From: Malacoraja senta
Lineage: Eukaryota
Direction: 5' to 3'
Assembly (NCBI GenBank): GCA_038087875.1
Contig: CM075991.1
Coordinates: 1,488,001-1,552,000 of the forward strand
Length of the DNA: 64,000 nt
Shown: piece after piece, positions 24,188 through 37,076 of the stretch
How positions within the stretch are numbered: the stretch's first letter is position 1
How the letters are laid out: each line of letters begins with the position of its first letter
Made by a program: the position numbers and the translations under genes
Notes under the pieces: generated by a model
Databases searched by the model: none
The model's input: the letters and a program-made list of their open reading frames with translations, nothing else
What the model was told of the DNA's origin: nothing

Positions 24188-27100
24188 AAGCGTGACTTTA
24201 GAGAGCTCGGAAAAGTGCTGAAAAGCAGAACCTCCAGGTTGGTTATCTCCGGTTTGCTTCCAGTTCCTCGAGCTGGCGAGAGCAGGAACAGGGAGATACA
24301 GGACCTGAATGTGTGGCTGGGGAACTGGTGCAGGGGGCAGGGATTTAGATTCTTAGACCACTGGGATCTCTTTTGGAGTAAGGGGGAACTGTACAAAAGG
24401 GACGGATTGCACCTTAACAGGTGGGAGACTGGCATTCTGGCAGGCAGGTTTGCCACTGCGGCACAGGTGGTTTTAAACTAAATATGGGGAGGGATGTCAA
24501 ATGGGATAATTAAGGACGGAGTGAAAGGGAAAGGGAGTAAAGGGATAGATAATGACCCCAGAATTAACGGGAAAGAAAGCTCACAAAGGGATAGGAGAGT
24601 ATGGCCAAGTGTAGTAGGATCGATGTGAATGGTGAGATGCGTAAGGAATTAAAAGTACTGTATTTGAATGCGCGAAGTATAAGAAGTAAAGTAGATGAGC
24701 TTGAGGCTCAGATAGAGGTTGGAAGATATGACATTGTGGGGATTACCGAGACGTGGCTGCAGGAGGATCAGGCCTGGGAACTTAATATTCAGGGTTATAT
24801 ATCCTATAGAAAAGGACAGGCAGGTGGGCAGAGGAGAGGGTGGAGGGGAAGCTCTTCTGGTGAGGGATGGAATTCAGTCCCTTGAGAGGGAAGACATAGG
24901 GACTGACTAGGTAGAGTCACTGTGGATTGAGTTGAGGAATTGCAAAGGCAAGAAGACACTAATTGGTGTTATCTACAGACCCCCAAATAGTAGCCCGGAT
25001 GTAGGGTGTAAGTTGCAGCAGGAGTTAAAACTGGCATGTAACAAAGGTAATGCCACTGTGGTGATAGGGGATTTCAATATGCAGGTAGACTGGGAAAAAT
25101 CAGGTTGGTTCAGGACCACAAGAAAGAGAGTTTGTAGAGTGCCTCCGAGATGGATTCTTAGAGCAGATGGTAATGGAGCTGACCAGAGAAAAGGCAATTC
25201 TGGATTTAGTGTTGTCCAATGAACCAAATTTGATAAGAGAACTCGAGGTAAAGGAACCGCTTGGAGGTAGTGATCATAATGTGATTAGTTTTAATCTGCA
25301 ATTTGAAAAGGAGAAGGTGTCAGTGAAGCAGCTGTCAAAGGAGATTATGAAGGCATGAGAGAGAAGCTGGCCAAGGTAGACTGGAAAGGGATCCTAGCAG
25401 GAATGACGCTGGAACAGCAATGGCAGGATTTCTGGGTATAATCTGGCGACGCAGGATCATTTCATTCCAAAACGGAAGAAAGATTCTAAGGGGAGTAGGA
25501 AGCAACCGTGGCTGACAAGAGAAGTTAGGGATAGAATAAAATTAAAAGAAAAGATGTATAACACAGCAAAGAGTAGCCGGAAGCCAGAGGATTGGGAAAC
25601 TTTCATAGGACAACAGAAGGAAACAAAACAGGCAATACGGGCTGAAAAGTTGAAGTACGAAACAGGAAAGCAGACTATTATCTAAATGGTGGCCGATTAG
25701 GAAAAGGGGAGATGCAGCGAGACCTGGGTGTCATGGTACACCAGTCATTGAAAGTAGGCATGCAGGTGCAGCAGGCAGTGAAGAAAGCGAATGGTATGTT
25801 AGCTTTCATAGCAAAAGGATTTGAGTATAGGAGCAGGGAGGTTCTACTGCAGTTGTACAGGGTCTTGGTGAGACCACACCTGGAGTATTGCGTACAGTTT
25901 TGGTCTCCAAATCTGAGGAAGGACATTATAGCCATAGAGGGAGTGCAGAGAAGGTTCACCAGACTGATTCCTGGGATGTCAGGACTTTCATATGAAGAAA
26001 GACTGGATAGACTCGGCTTATACTCGCTAGAATTTAGGAGATTGAGAGGGGATCTTATAGAAACGTACAAAATTCTTATGGCGTTGGACAGGCTAGATGC
26101 AGGAAGATTGTTCCCGATGTTGGGGAAGTCCAGGACAAGGGGTTGCAGCTTAAGGATAAGGGGGAAATCCTTTAAGACCGAGATGAGAAAAAACGTTTTC
26201 ACACAGAGTGGTGAATCTCTGGAACTCTCTGCCACAGAGGGTAGTTGAGGCCAGTTCATTGGCTATATTTAAGAGGGAGTTAGATGTGGCCCTTGTGGCT
26301 AAGGGGATCAGGGGGTATGGAGATAAGGCAGGTACGGGATACTGAGTTGGATGATCAGCCATGATCATATTGAATGGCGGTGCAGGCTCGAAGGGCCGAA
26401 TGGTCTACTCCTGCACCTATTTTCTATGTATCTATGTATCTACGAAGGGAAGCTGGCCAGGGATATAAAGAAGAACAGTAAAAGCTTCTTTAGATATGTT
26501 AAGGGAAAAAGAGTAGCAAAGTCAAATGTGGGTCCCTTGAAGGCAGACATGGGTGAAATTATTATGGGCAACAAGGAAATGACAGAAGAGTTGAACAGGT
26601 ACTTCGGATCTGTCATCACTAAGGAAGCCACAAACAATCTCCCAGAAGTACTGGAGGACAGAGGATCTAAGGGGGTAAAGGAACTGAAAGACATTTTCAT
26701 TAGGCGAGAAATAGTATTGGGTAGGCTAATGGGACTGAAGGATGATAAATCCCCTGGGCCCGATGGTCTGCATCCCAGGGTCCTCATGGAGGTTGCTCTA
26801 GAAATAGTGGACGCATTGGTGATCATTTTCCAATGTTCAATAGATTCAGGATCAGTTCCTGTGGATTGGAGGATAGCTAATGTTATCCCACTTTTCAAGA
26901 AAGGAGCGAGAGAGAAAACGGGGAATTACAGACCATTAGCCTGACTTCGGTGGTGGGAAAGATGCTGGAGTCAATTATTAAAGAGGTAATAATGTGGCAT
27001 TTGGATAGCAGTAAAAGGATTAGTCCGTCAACATGGATTTATGAAAGGGAAATCATGCTTGGCTAATCTTCTGGAATTGTTTGAGGATATGACAAGTAAA

Positions 27101-28302
27101 ATGGATGAAGGGGTGCCAGTGGATGTAGTGTATCTAGACTTTCAGAAGGCCTTTGACAAGATCCCGCACGGGAGACTGGTGACTAAAATTAAAGCACATG
27201 GTATTGGGGGTAGGGTGTTGATGTGGATAGAAAATTGGTTGGCAGACAGGAAGCAAAGAGAACGGGTCCTGTTCAGAATGGCAGGCAGTGGCGAGAGGAG
27301 TGCCGCAAGGCTCGGTGTTGGGGCCGCAACGGTTTACCATAAATATTAATGATTTGGAGAAATGGAATTAGGAGCAACACTAGCAAGTTTGCAGATGACA
27401 CAAAGCTGGGTGGCAGTGTGAACTGTGAAGAGGATGTTAGGAGGTTGCAGGGTGACCTGGACAGGTTGAGTGAGTGGGCAGATACAGTATAATATAGATA
27501 AATGTGAGGTTATCCACTTTGGCGGCAAAAACAAGGGGGCAGATTATAATCTCAATTGGGTTAGGTTAGGTAAGGGGGAGGTACAGCGAGACCTGGGTGT
27601 CTTTGTACACCGGTCACTGAAGGTTGGCTTGTAAGTACAGCAGGCTGTGATGAAAGCTAATGGAATGTTGGCCTTCATAACAAGAGGATTTCACTATAGG
27701 AGTAGAGAGGTGCTCCTGCAGTTATATAGGGCTCTGGTGGGACCACATCTGGAGTATTGCGTACAGTTTTGGTCTCCTAATTTGAGGAAGGACATCCTTG
27801 TGATTGAGGCAGTGCAGCGTAGGTTCACGACATTAATCCCTGGGATGGTAGGACTGTCATATGAGGAAAGATTGAAAAGACTAGGCTTGTATTCACTGGA
27901 GTTTAGAAGGATGAGGGGGGATCTTATAGAAACATATAAAATTATAAAAGGACTGGACAAGCTAGATGCAGGAAAAATGTACCCAATGTTGGGCGAGTCC
28001 AGAACCAGGGGCCACAGTCTTAGAGTAAAGGGGAGGCCATTTAAGACAGAGGTGAGAAAAAACATTTTCACCCAGAGAGTTGTGAACTTGTGGAATTCCC
28101 TGCCACAGAGGGCAGTGGATGCCAAATCACTGGATGGATTTAAGAGAGAGTTAGATAGAGCTCTAGAGGCTATTGGAATCAAGGGATATGGGGCAGGCAC
28201 AGGTTATTGATTGGGGACGATCAGCCATGATCGCGATGAATGGCGGTACTGGCTTGCAGGGCCAAATGGCCTCCTCCTGCACCTATTATCTATGTTTCTA
28301 TA
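24188..28302 (+). mobile_element. CR1 LINE (ORF1 C-terminus, EN, RT, 3' tail), frameshifted, with a nested CR1
   Basis: DGLHLN esterase end; YLNARS, GDFN, SDHN; DFQKAFDK; 3' tail TATGTTTCTAT. Confidence 0.92.
25662..26440 (+). mobile_element. 5'-truncated CR1 nested in CR1
   Basis: TSD TACGAA at 25656-25661 and 26441-26446; nearly identical to the 3' end of the 5023 element. Confidence 0.9.
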
Positions 28303-30239
28303 GCCAAGCACGTGTATTATTTAACCAAGGTAAAACACACAATCCTTGGCAATGTGATCATGTACTTATAGACACTCAAATTCTTCCTTTTTAAATATTT
28401 ACTTTTCCTCAGTTTCTTCGTGACATGCTTCTCTCCTACGTTCTTATTTTCAATAAATTATTTACGTATAATATGCATGTGTTCCAAATGTTTTGAAACA
28501 CATCTTTTCATCAATGTACCTTTTAAGCGTGTGTTACCCACCAATTTCAAAACAACATTCGTTAAAAATCTGAAATTGAAAAATTGCTGGCAAACACATT
28601 TGTCCCCATCTACGACTAATGAAATATATGAGTTGTGTAAAAGTTAGAGAACCTACTGTGCAGAGAAAATGAAGTGGTGGGGTAGTGGATGGGCAGGAAC
28701 AAAATAGATGGTCTGTAACATGATAGAATGTAGCTGAGGGTAATTGATGAAAAGCATGATGAATTAAGCCAAAAAAGGAATATTAGAATCAATGACAGGG
28801 CTTTGAACTTAATGTTAAATATGTTCGATGAAAAATGCAGTTGTTTCATGAGTTATGGTTAGTTCATATCTGACTTTTATCAATTTACTCATTTATTGAG
28901 TTAATGTGAAAATAATTTCATTTTTTTATTTATAATACTTTGCATTCAAATAAGGGAGTACTTAACAGCAAAGATGTTATTAGTACCATAGTGTTGTTAA
29001 ATCATTGTGGATACCTAATCTGTGAGATTTTGCTTGCTCACTTGGCCAAGATCTTTAAAAATGTCAGTGTGGCAAAAAAGCTGACATTGAATGTGAGTAG
29101 CAAGTGTTTCAAAGTATGGAAGACCAAATATGCCAAGAAGTCAAAAGTATATTGAGGAAAAAACAATCATGGTGACAATTATGAATATAGATAAAACCTA
29201 GAAACGTACAGCACAAGTACGCATTCTTCTGCCCACAATGTTTGTGGCAAACATGTCAATACGGGGTGGAAGATTGCAACCTTCATGTGGTCCGCCCTGT
29301 TTCGACTAATGCAATCAACTCGACGTGCACAAACAGAAGATCAAATAGAACAAGTTGTCCAACAACTTTAGGCTGTGCACGCCACACGAAAGAAGATGTC
29401 AATACCTTCTCTTATATACATACACATAATCCATATTGCACTATTCCCTGCCTATCCAAACACCTCTTAAATGCCACCATCGTATCTATCAACCACCAAC
29501 CCTGGCAGCACGCTCCAAGCACCCACCACCCCCTGGAAAATGTATGTACACATCTTGTCCCCTTTCCCCCTTTCACCTTCAAAACCATTCCCTCGATTAT
29601 TCATTCTTTCGATCAAACAGTAGAAGTATATAAAACTATGAGAGAACAGAGGTAATAGCTTTTATCTAAGGAGATAGGCAGGGCAAATTGTTTGCACAAA
29701 GTGTTGGGTACCTGATACGCGCTGCTATGGGTGGTTCGATGCGCATTTAAAAGGTTTTTAGATGGGGGCTTGGATATGCAAGAAATGGAGAGATGTGGAT
29801 CACATGTAGATCTCTCATGTTCCACACAGACATTGTGGGCTGAAGGACCTGTTTTTGTGCTGTACCTTTCTATGTTTGATAGATTTAAGTTAACAATTTA
29901 AGTAAACCATTGGGTATCAGGACAAACAAAAATGGATTCTGGAAAATCGTAAATAATCACAGATCTTGTAGGTACCATTTTCCATAGAATTTACACCTTT
30001 CACAAAGTTCAATGCTTAAAGGTCATTTATTGTCATGTGTACCAATTAAGCTACAGTGAAACTCGATTACCATACAGCCATATTTTAAAAAAGCAACAAA
30101 AGACACACAACTACATAGAAATTAACATAAACATCCACCACAGTGGATTCCCCACATTTCTCACTGTGATGGAAGGCAATAAAGTCTAATCTTCCTTCTT
30201 TATTGTTGAGAACTATATTGCAATTGAGGCTAACTTCTT

Positions 30240-31410
30240 ACTGTGACCTATTTTTTAGATAGGAGTCTACACCACAGGGCCCTGGTGGGAGCAGTGACTC
30301 GGGGAAGAGCTGGTCTGGGAATCTTCCCAACTCCCCAGTTTGACAAGGCCAAGGGGAAGGTGAGGCGCAAGCTGGTCCAGGAGGAAGTGAGGGCAGTGAT
30401 GGAGGAGGAGAGGTGTACCAGAGCAGTTGGATTGAGGCAGCAGTGAGCCTGGACAAGGTGGGAGCAGGCCATGGACTGAAAAGTCACATGGACTGAGCTG
30501 TGGCAGGCTGAACCACAGCGCATTGTTCCTGGTCCAGGCAGTGTATGATATCTTGCCCAGCCCATCGAACCTCTTCATCTGGGGCAAAGCAGAATCTCCG
30601 GATTGCCCGCAATGCTCGGGCAAGGGGACGTTGGAACACATCCTGAGCTGCTGCCCAAAGGCTCTTGGGCAGGGCCGGTATACCTGGGGTCATGACCATG
30701 TTCTTAAACCCATTGCAGAAGCCATCAGCATGGGAATCAGCAGCTGCAATGAGCTCGCCCTACCACCGATGATCACCTTCGTGAAGGCCAGAGTGCAGCT
30801 GCCAAGAACCACAGCAGCCAGGAATCAGTCAAGAATCCTGGCGACTGCGAAGGACTGGTAGCCTTCTGTAGACCTGGTGAAACAGCTGAAGTTCTCACAG
30901 CACATTGCGACAACCACCCTGAGGCCAGATATCCTCCTGGTCTCAGAGGCGATCAAAAACATCGTCTTGTTGGAAGTGACAGTGCCGTGGGAAGACCGTC
31001 TGGACGAGGCCCACGAGAGGAAGATGACCAAGTATGAAGAGCTGGTCATAGACTGCAGTAAGCAGGGCTGGAAGGCAAGGCGAATGCCCATCGAGGTTGG
31101 CTGCAGAGGTTTTGCAGGGCAATCGCTCTACAAAGCCTTGAATGCACTGGGCATCAACGGAGTGGCGAGGAGAAGAGCCATCAAGAACACCACAGAGGCA
31201 GCGGAGAAGGCCTTGAGATGGCTCTGGATCAGGAGAGAAGGTCCATGGGGAGGAGCGAATGCCACCCAAATACAAGTCGTGGTCTGATCAACCACGGCTG
31301 GGTCGCCTGGTCGAGGGTGTCTGATGTTGAAAGACCCGAAACACCCAATGACCCCATGTTATATCACTGATGATGTGTTCAGGAGCATCAATAGATGTAT
31401 TTGTTATCAA
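30240..31410 (+). mobile_element. 5'-truncated RLE-type non-LTR retrotransposon (HERO/NeSL-like)
   Basis: CCHC knuckle CPQCSGKGTLEHILSCC; RYTWGHDHVL; restriction-like endonuclease LRPDILL..LLEVTVPWE..KMTKY..IEVGCRGF. Confidence 0.88.
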
Positions 31411-31689
31411 TCACCTTCTTCAATTTACATAGCACTCGGATGATTGAAAAATGTACAGTGGAAAGATGCAAAATTGGATGTCTCAGGGGCTCATTTCATT
31501 TCATTGCTACCGTGACATTATTCTGACTTGTGATCATTTGCAAACTACCAATGCTTGCACATTAGCCTTAGTGTCTAATATGTTTTGCTCATGTAAATGT
31601 ATACTTTAATAGTCCGAGCTCACCATTATCTAATCATAAAAGCATTAGAAACCTGAATTTTAATCAGGAATTTTCTAATTACTTTTAAT

Positions 31690-31990
31690 TTTAGTGTAGA
31701 TACAGCGTGGAAACAGGCCCTTCAGCCCACTGAGTATGCGCTGACCAGCAATCCACGAATATCACAGAGCCTTACACACACTAGAGACAATTTTACATTT
31801 ATACCAAGCCAATTAACCTACAATCCTGTAGGTGTTTGGAGTATGGGATGAAACCGAAGATCTCAGAGAAAGCCCATGCAGGTCACGGGGATAAAATACA
31901 TACTCAATACAGACAGCACCCATAGTCAGGATCGAACAAGGGTCTCTGGCGCTGTAAGGCAGTAACTACCTCTACACCACCTTGCCGCCT
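31690..31990 (-). mobile_element. tRNA-derived V-SINE (HE1-like)
   Basis: Minus-strand tRNA-like head (GGCGGCAAGGTGG..GTTCGATCCTGAC), central domain and CR1-like tail GAAGGGCCTGTTTCC; paralogue at 43230-43445 plus 48770-48832. Confidence 0.8.
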
Positions 31991-32292
31991 TAATGGATGA
32001 GAATGTTTCCATGATTTCTAACTATTTCTAATGAGTCCCCTCACTGGTAATTCATGTTCATATAATGGTCATGTGATTCCTGACCTCACTAATTGCCATC
32101 CAGCTGCCCATCCAGAAAGATATCTGAGGCCAATTGTAGGCCAGGAAGGCACGAAAATTATGAAATGATGGATGATGAAATGTTGCAATATCTCAAAACA
32201 GCAGAGTCTCTGATAGATGTACTAATGTAATTTCCATTTGAATTGCACACACACAGCTTCTGAATATCTGTTATCTGCTTCTTGTTTATAGG

Positions 32293-33910
32293 ATGACAAC
32301 TGCGTTAAAGCTTTTCAACATGTGTGTTCTGATGATCACAGGGAGCTTCTACCATCCCCGCCTCCTGAGTGATGAAGTGGAGACAGAAGAGGTCTAGAAT
32401 AGAATTAAGGAACATGAGTACCGGTACCAACAGCAGATAGAATGGCTCCAGAGCAAAATGGAAGGAAAAAGTAACCATCAGCCTAATATAAAGATCCATT
32501 TATCTGCAGAAAGGGAAGATTCACCAAAAAAAGTACAGGAACACCTATATTACGTTCATACTGGTCATAATTCAGATCTTGGGACTCTGGAGAGGTGACA
32601 TTTTGCCAAATAATCCCCAGGACTATGATAATGAGGAAGAGCAAGAAGAAATGCAAGATGAAGTTCCTCGAAGACCTCACAACAATATTTTGAATAGCCC
32701 TGATCAAAATGTGCTGGATCAGTTCTACAACATCTGCATTCAAAATGGGAGCCAAGAACCAATTGAGACCAGTAAATTTGTAAAATGTTTTGTGGACAGA
32801 CTTTTAGAAGCCGGTCGGAATCTTTGTCCGTGGGGCTCAGAGCTGATCCTCGATGACTGTGTGGGCATTGGGAGTCAGTTTGAAAAATGGAGCTGTAAGA
32901 TACCATCCGTATATGATATTTTGGTTCCAATTTTTCTCCAGGATGGTTATTGTTTTAAACCAGAGATCTGTTCCTGTGACGTTCCATGTGAGAAACAGAG
33001 TTTCGGCAGGATTCTCATGGTTACAGCAAACAACGCTAACCTGGCTAGCCAATGTGAAACCACTGAACCTGAAGGGGACATTCTTTGTCTTATTCACAAC
33101 AAAGGATTCAAACATGATGTTCATTCCAATGGTCTTGCTTCTATCATGGATTCCGATTGTTATTTGGATTATAAGAAGGTAGTGAAATGGTTCAGGGTTT
33201 TATTATCCAAATCATGGAAGAAAATTTGTGATCAAAATGATTTTGAAATTACCTTCCGTAATATTACTGGTTGCTGTGGTTTAAAAGTACAATATCAGTC
33301 AGGACGAACTATTCACATCAAAGTCTTTCCAGCTGTGAGGCTGAAGGGTTCCAATGTCCATCTTGTACCTCGTTTTAACAATTTCCCCAAGAAAAGTACA
33401 GTACCCACTATCTACTGGCACATTTCCTGTGCTGTCTGTGAGTACAGGTTTCTCAAAATCATGACCAAGAATATCCCCAAAAGCTCCTGTCACCTCAAGT
33501 GCCTTCAAATACTGATCGTTCTGACTGAAAAAGTGTGCCATTCACCAGACAAGCGATGTGTTCTTGGCTCCTATATCTTTAAGACTGTCCTGATGCATTT
33601 GCTATTAAGTCAGCCATATTCAAACTGGCAGGAATGTCACCTGGAACATCAGTTCGGAGATGTGTTAAAGTATCTTGGAAAATGTTTGGATGAGAAATGC
33701 CTACACAGATTTATGATTGGAAATCAAACATTTCCTCAACAAATTGGAATTCCAGAATTTCTTCTAAAAGCAGAGCCTATAAATCTCTTCCCGTCATTTG
33801 TAACAGGAAATGAATCTCACTGTCGGGCACTCATGGAATATCAGAAAATATTAAGGGACATGGGACCCCTGATGATTGAGTGCATTAAAAACAATACAAC
33901 AGCTGAGTGA
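32293..33910 (+). CDS. ITPRIP: ITPRIP-like (Mab-21/cGAS-fold) single coding exon, copy 1; N-terminus disrupted, Mab-21 frame 32579..33910 intact
   Basis: Acceptor TTGTTTATAG|G then ATG 32293; signal-like MTTALKLFNMCVLMITGSFYHP; TM-like YITFILVIIQILGLWR; ITPRIP motifs FVDRLLEA, DILCLIH, V.KWF, CHLKCLQI, SYIFKTVLMHLLL, F.IGN, AEPINLF; TAG at 32395 and a frameshift between 32492 and about 32535. Confidence 0.85.
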
Positions 33911-34605
33911 AAACATTGCCTTTGCTCCCAGTAGACTCAAGGAACTGAAAATGTTGGCTGATGATCCTTTGTTCCCAGATATGTAGCAAAATTATTTAAG
34001 CTATCTAATATTTACATTATCGTTACAAATAAAATTAATAGGTTTTTAATTTTAAACTGTACTTTTAGAATAAAATTAATAGATTTCTCCAAAAATAATC
34101 TTTGTTTATAATAAAAAAGTATACAAAAAAATGCCATAAACTCTTCAGATATTTTTAGTGTCTACACATGCACTAGTGTCATTTTCAATAATGTTTGCAC
34201 CTATTCTTAATCAAAACACCGTTGCACCTCATGTGGCTGCCTGGGATTATATCACCTTGTTTGATGAGTGTCCCACCGGACTCTGCCCATCAATGCTCGG
34301 CAGCAGAAGGACCCTGGACTGTGGTCCCCGTCCCACAGAGACTTGGCACCAGCTGCGTCAAGCTTCAGAGCGCCAACCAGTTTGGGTAGACCAAAGAGCA
34401 TCTTTCATGCAGTTGATGGTCTTCCAACAATACGACGTCCATCCGGGATCATCAATGTGGCATTGGGAACAGCCTGTAAAGCAGAGAGTGCTCTGTTACG
34501 GAGCTATTTGAATTGTTAGAATGACCCTTTCATCCTTCTCCAGACTCTCTTTGCAAATCTACACTTTGAAGAATAGTGGGCCACTGCCTCCTGTCTATAG
34601 CAATG

Positions 34606-35250
34606 GTCGGTGCTGGGACTGCTACTCTTCATATTTTATATCCGTGATTTAGTTGGGGGAACGAGGGAATTGAAGGCTTTGTGGTCAAGTTTGCAGTTGA
34701 TATGAAGATTGGTCCTGGGGCAGGTAGTATAGGACCTACTGTAGAAGGACTTGAACTGGTTGGAAGAGTGGTGAAAGAAGTGGCAGATGGTAATACAGTG
34801 TAACACAGTGTGGAGTCATGCATTTTGGCAGTAGGAATAAAGAAATAATAGATTATTTTCTAAATGGGGAGAGAATTCAGAAATCAGAAGTGCAAAGAGT
34901 CCTGGTACAGGATTTCCAAAGCTTCAATTTGCAAGTCAAATCGGTAGTAAGGAAGGCAAAAGGAATTATTGTATTCATTTCGAGAGAACTAGAATATAAA
35001 ACAGGGATGTACGTAATGCTGAGATTTTATAATGCACTGGTCAGACCGCATTTAGAACATTGTGATCGGTTTTGAGCCCCATATCTAAAGTAGGATGTGT
35101 TCATGTTGGAGAGGGTCCAGAGTAGGTTTATAAGAATGATCCCAGAAATGATTGGTTTAACATATGATGAGTGTTTTTTATCGCACTGGGCCTGTACTCT
35201 GGTGTTATGAGGGACCTCATTGAAATATACTGAATAATGAAAGTATTGAT
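34606..35250 (+). mobile_element. Degenerate CR1 remnant, co-duplicated with the ITPRIP-like gene
   Basis: Aligns to 40806-41330 downstream of copy 2. Confidence 0.75.
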
Positions 35251-35594
35251 TAGTACGGGCGTCCTCTCTACCAACAAAGCGAGGTCTTGGTACTTGATAG
35301 TGAGTTTGTCGAAGAGGCATTTCACCAGACAAACTAGGTAGTCTGCTCAAGGAACTACACTATGGGATTCATCAAGTCATGCCCTGCAGTGCCTGCAGAA
35401 TGTTCCTTGCTGCCCACTGCCTGGTGGATTTGTTGTTAAAGATGTTGGAAGAACTTTTTCACAATGGCCAAGTAGTACAACAATTTACAGCTGAATGCGC
35501 AGCATTGATGCCAGGCCATCCTTCACAACAACAGAGAACCTCAGTAAGTAATGACCCTTGGTGCCCATGTGCTTTTTCTCTACGCACAGCCTGA

Positions 35595-35935
35595 TGCAGC
35601 CATACACCATCAGGGTGAGGTTTAAACTAGATTGGCAGAGGGATGGGATCTCATATAGGCAGAGGCAGGTGAGAGGTAGGTATGGAGGGTGGTGAGAGAA
35701 GGTTTAGTGGACAGAATAGACAGGTGAAAGGCGGAGAACGAGGAAGAAGGAATGGTTTAAACTGCACGTATTTTAATGCAAAGGGCCTGACTTGTAAGGC
35801 AGTGGAGCTTAGGGCATGGATAGGTATGTGCGACTGGGACGTTTTGGCCATTACTGAAACCTGGTTAAGAGAGGGGCAGGACAGGCAGCTCAATGGTCCA
35901 GGGTACAGGAGCTTCAGGAGAGACAGCAGTGATGA
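35595..35935 (+). mobile_element. CR1 endonuclease 5' fragment abutting copy 2
   Basis: YFNAKGL..LAITETWLREG. Confidence 0.75.
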
Positions 35936-35938
35936 ATT

Positions 35939-37076
35939 GGAACACCAATATTAGGATCATACTGGTCATAATTCGGGACTTGGGACGCTGGAGAGGTGAC
36001 ATGTTGCCACATAATTCCCATTACTATAATAATGAGGAAGAGGAGGAAGTAATGCGAAATGAAGTTCCTCGAAGACCTCACAACAATATTTTGAATACCC
36101 CTGATCAAAATGTTTTGGATCAGTTCTACAACATCTGCATTCAAAATGGGAGCCAAGAAGAAATTAAAACCTGTGAATTTGCAGAATGTTTTGTGGACAG
36201 TCTTTTAGAAGCCAGTCGGAATCTTTGTTTGGAGCTCAGAGGTGATCCTTGAAGAATGTGTGGGCATTGGGAGTCCGTTTGAAAAATGGGGCTGCAAGAT
36301 ACCATCCCTATATGATATTTTGGTTCCAATTTTTCTCCAGGATGGTTTTTGTTTTAAACCAGAAATCTGTTCCAATGACATCGCACCTGAAAAACGGAGT
36401 TTGGGAATGATTTTCATGGTTACAGCAAACAACTTGTCAATGTGAAACCACAGAACCTGAATGGGACATTCTTTGTCTTATTCACAGCAAAGAATTTGAA
36501 CCTGATGTTCATTCCAATGGTCAGGGATTCCAAGTGGTATTTGGAACCAAGAAGGTAGTGAAATGGTTCAGGGTTTTATTAGCCAAATCATGGAACAAAA
36601 TTTGTCATCAATATGATTTTGAACTGACCTTCCATAATATTGGCTCCTATTTCTTTAAGACATAGAAAATAGGTGCAGGAGTAGGCCATTCAATATGATC
36701 ATGGCTGATCATCCAACTCAGTATCCTGTACCTGCTTTCTCTCCATACCCCCTGATCCCTGAAGACTGTCCTGATGCATCTGCTATTAAGTCAGCAGTGT
36801 TCGAACTGGCAGGAATGTCACCTGGAACATCGGCTCAGAGATGTGTTAAGAAATCTTGGGAAATGCTTGGATGAAAAACGCCTTCACAGATATATGATTG
36901 GAAATCAAACATTTCCTCAGCAAATTGGAATTCCAGAATTGCTTATAAAAGTAGAGCCTATAAACCTCTTCCGGTCATTTGTCACAGAAATGTCAGGCAC
37001 TCATGGAATATCAGGAAATATTAAGGAACATGTTACCGCGAATGATGGAGTGTATTAAAAATAAAACAGCAGCTGA
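35939..37076 (+). pseudogene. ITPRIP-like pseudogene, copy 2 (5'-truncated, frameshifts, about 300-bp deletion, CR1 tail insertion)
   Basis: ORFs 35893..36252, 36242..36445 and 36774..37058 match copy 1; CR1 tail at about 36662-36761 flanked by AAGAC; downstream flank homology continues to 37657 and 39346-39445. Confidence 0.92.

Noticed and set aside
31315..31350. CTGATG..GAAAC resembling a hammerhead in the HERO 3' UTR
   Set aside because: CUGAUGU lacks the conserved A, there is no stem II and no NUH after stem III; a pseudoknot fits better
31900..31990. tRNA gene
   Set aside because: It is the degenerate tRNA-derived head of a SINE
32579..33910. Calling the Mab-21 ORF an active cGAS/cGLR
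   Set aside because: Only one of three catalytic acidic positions is evident, and the motifs, signal peptide and TM segment match the ITPRIP family
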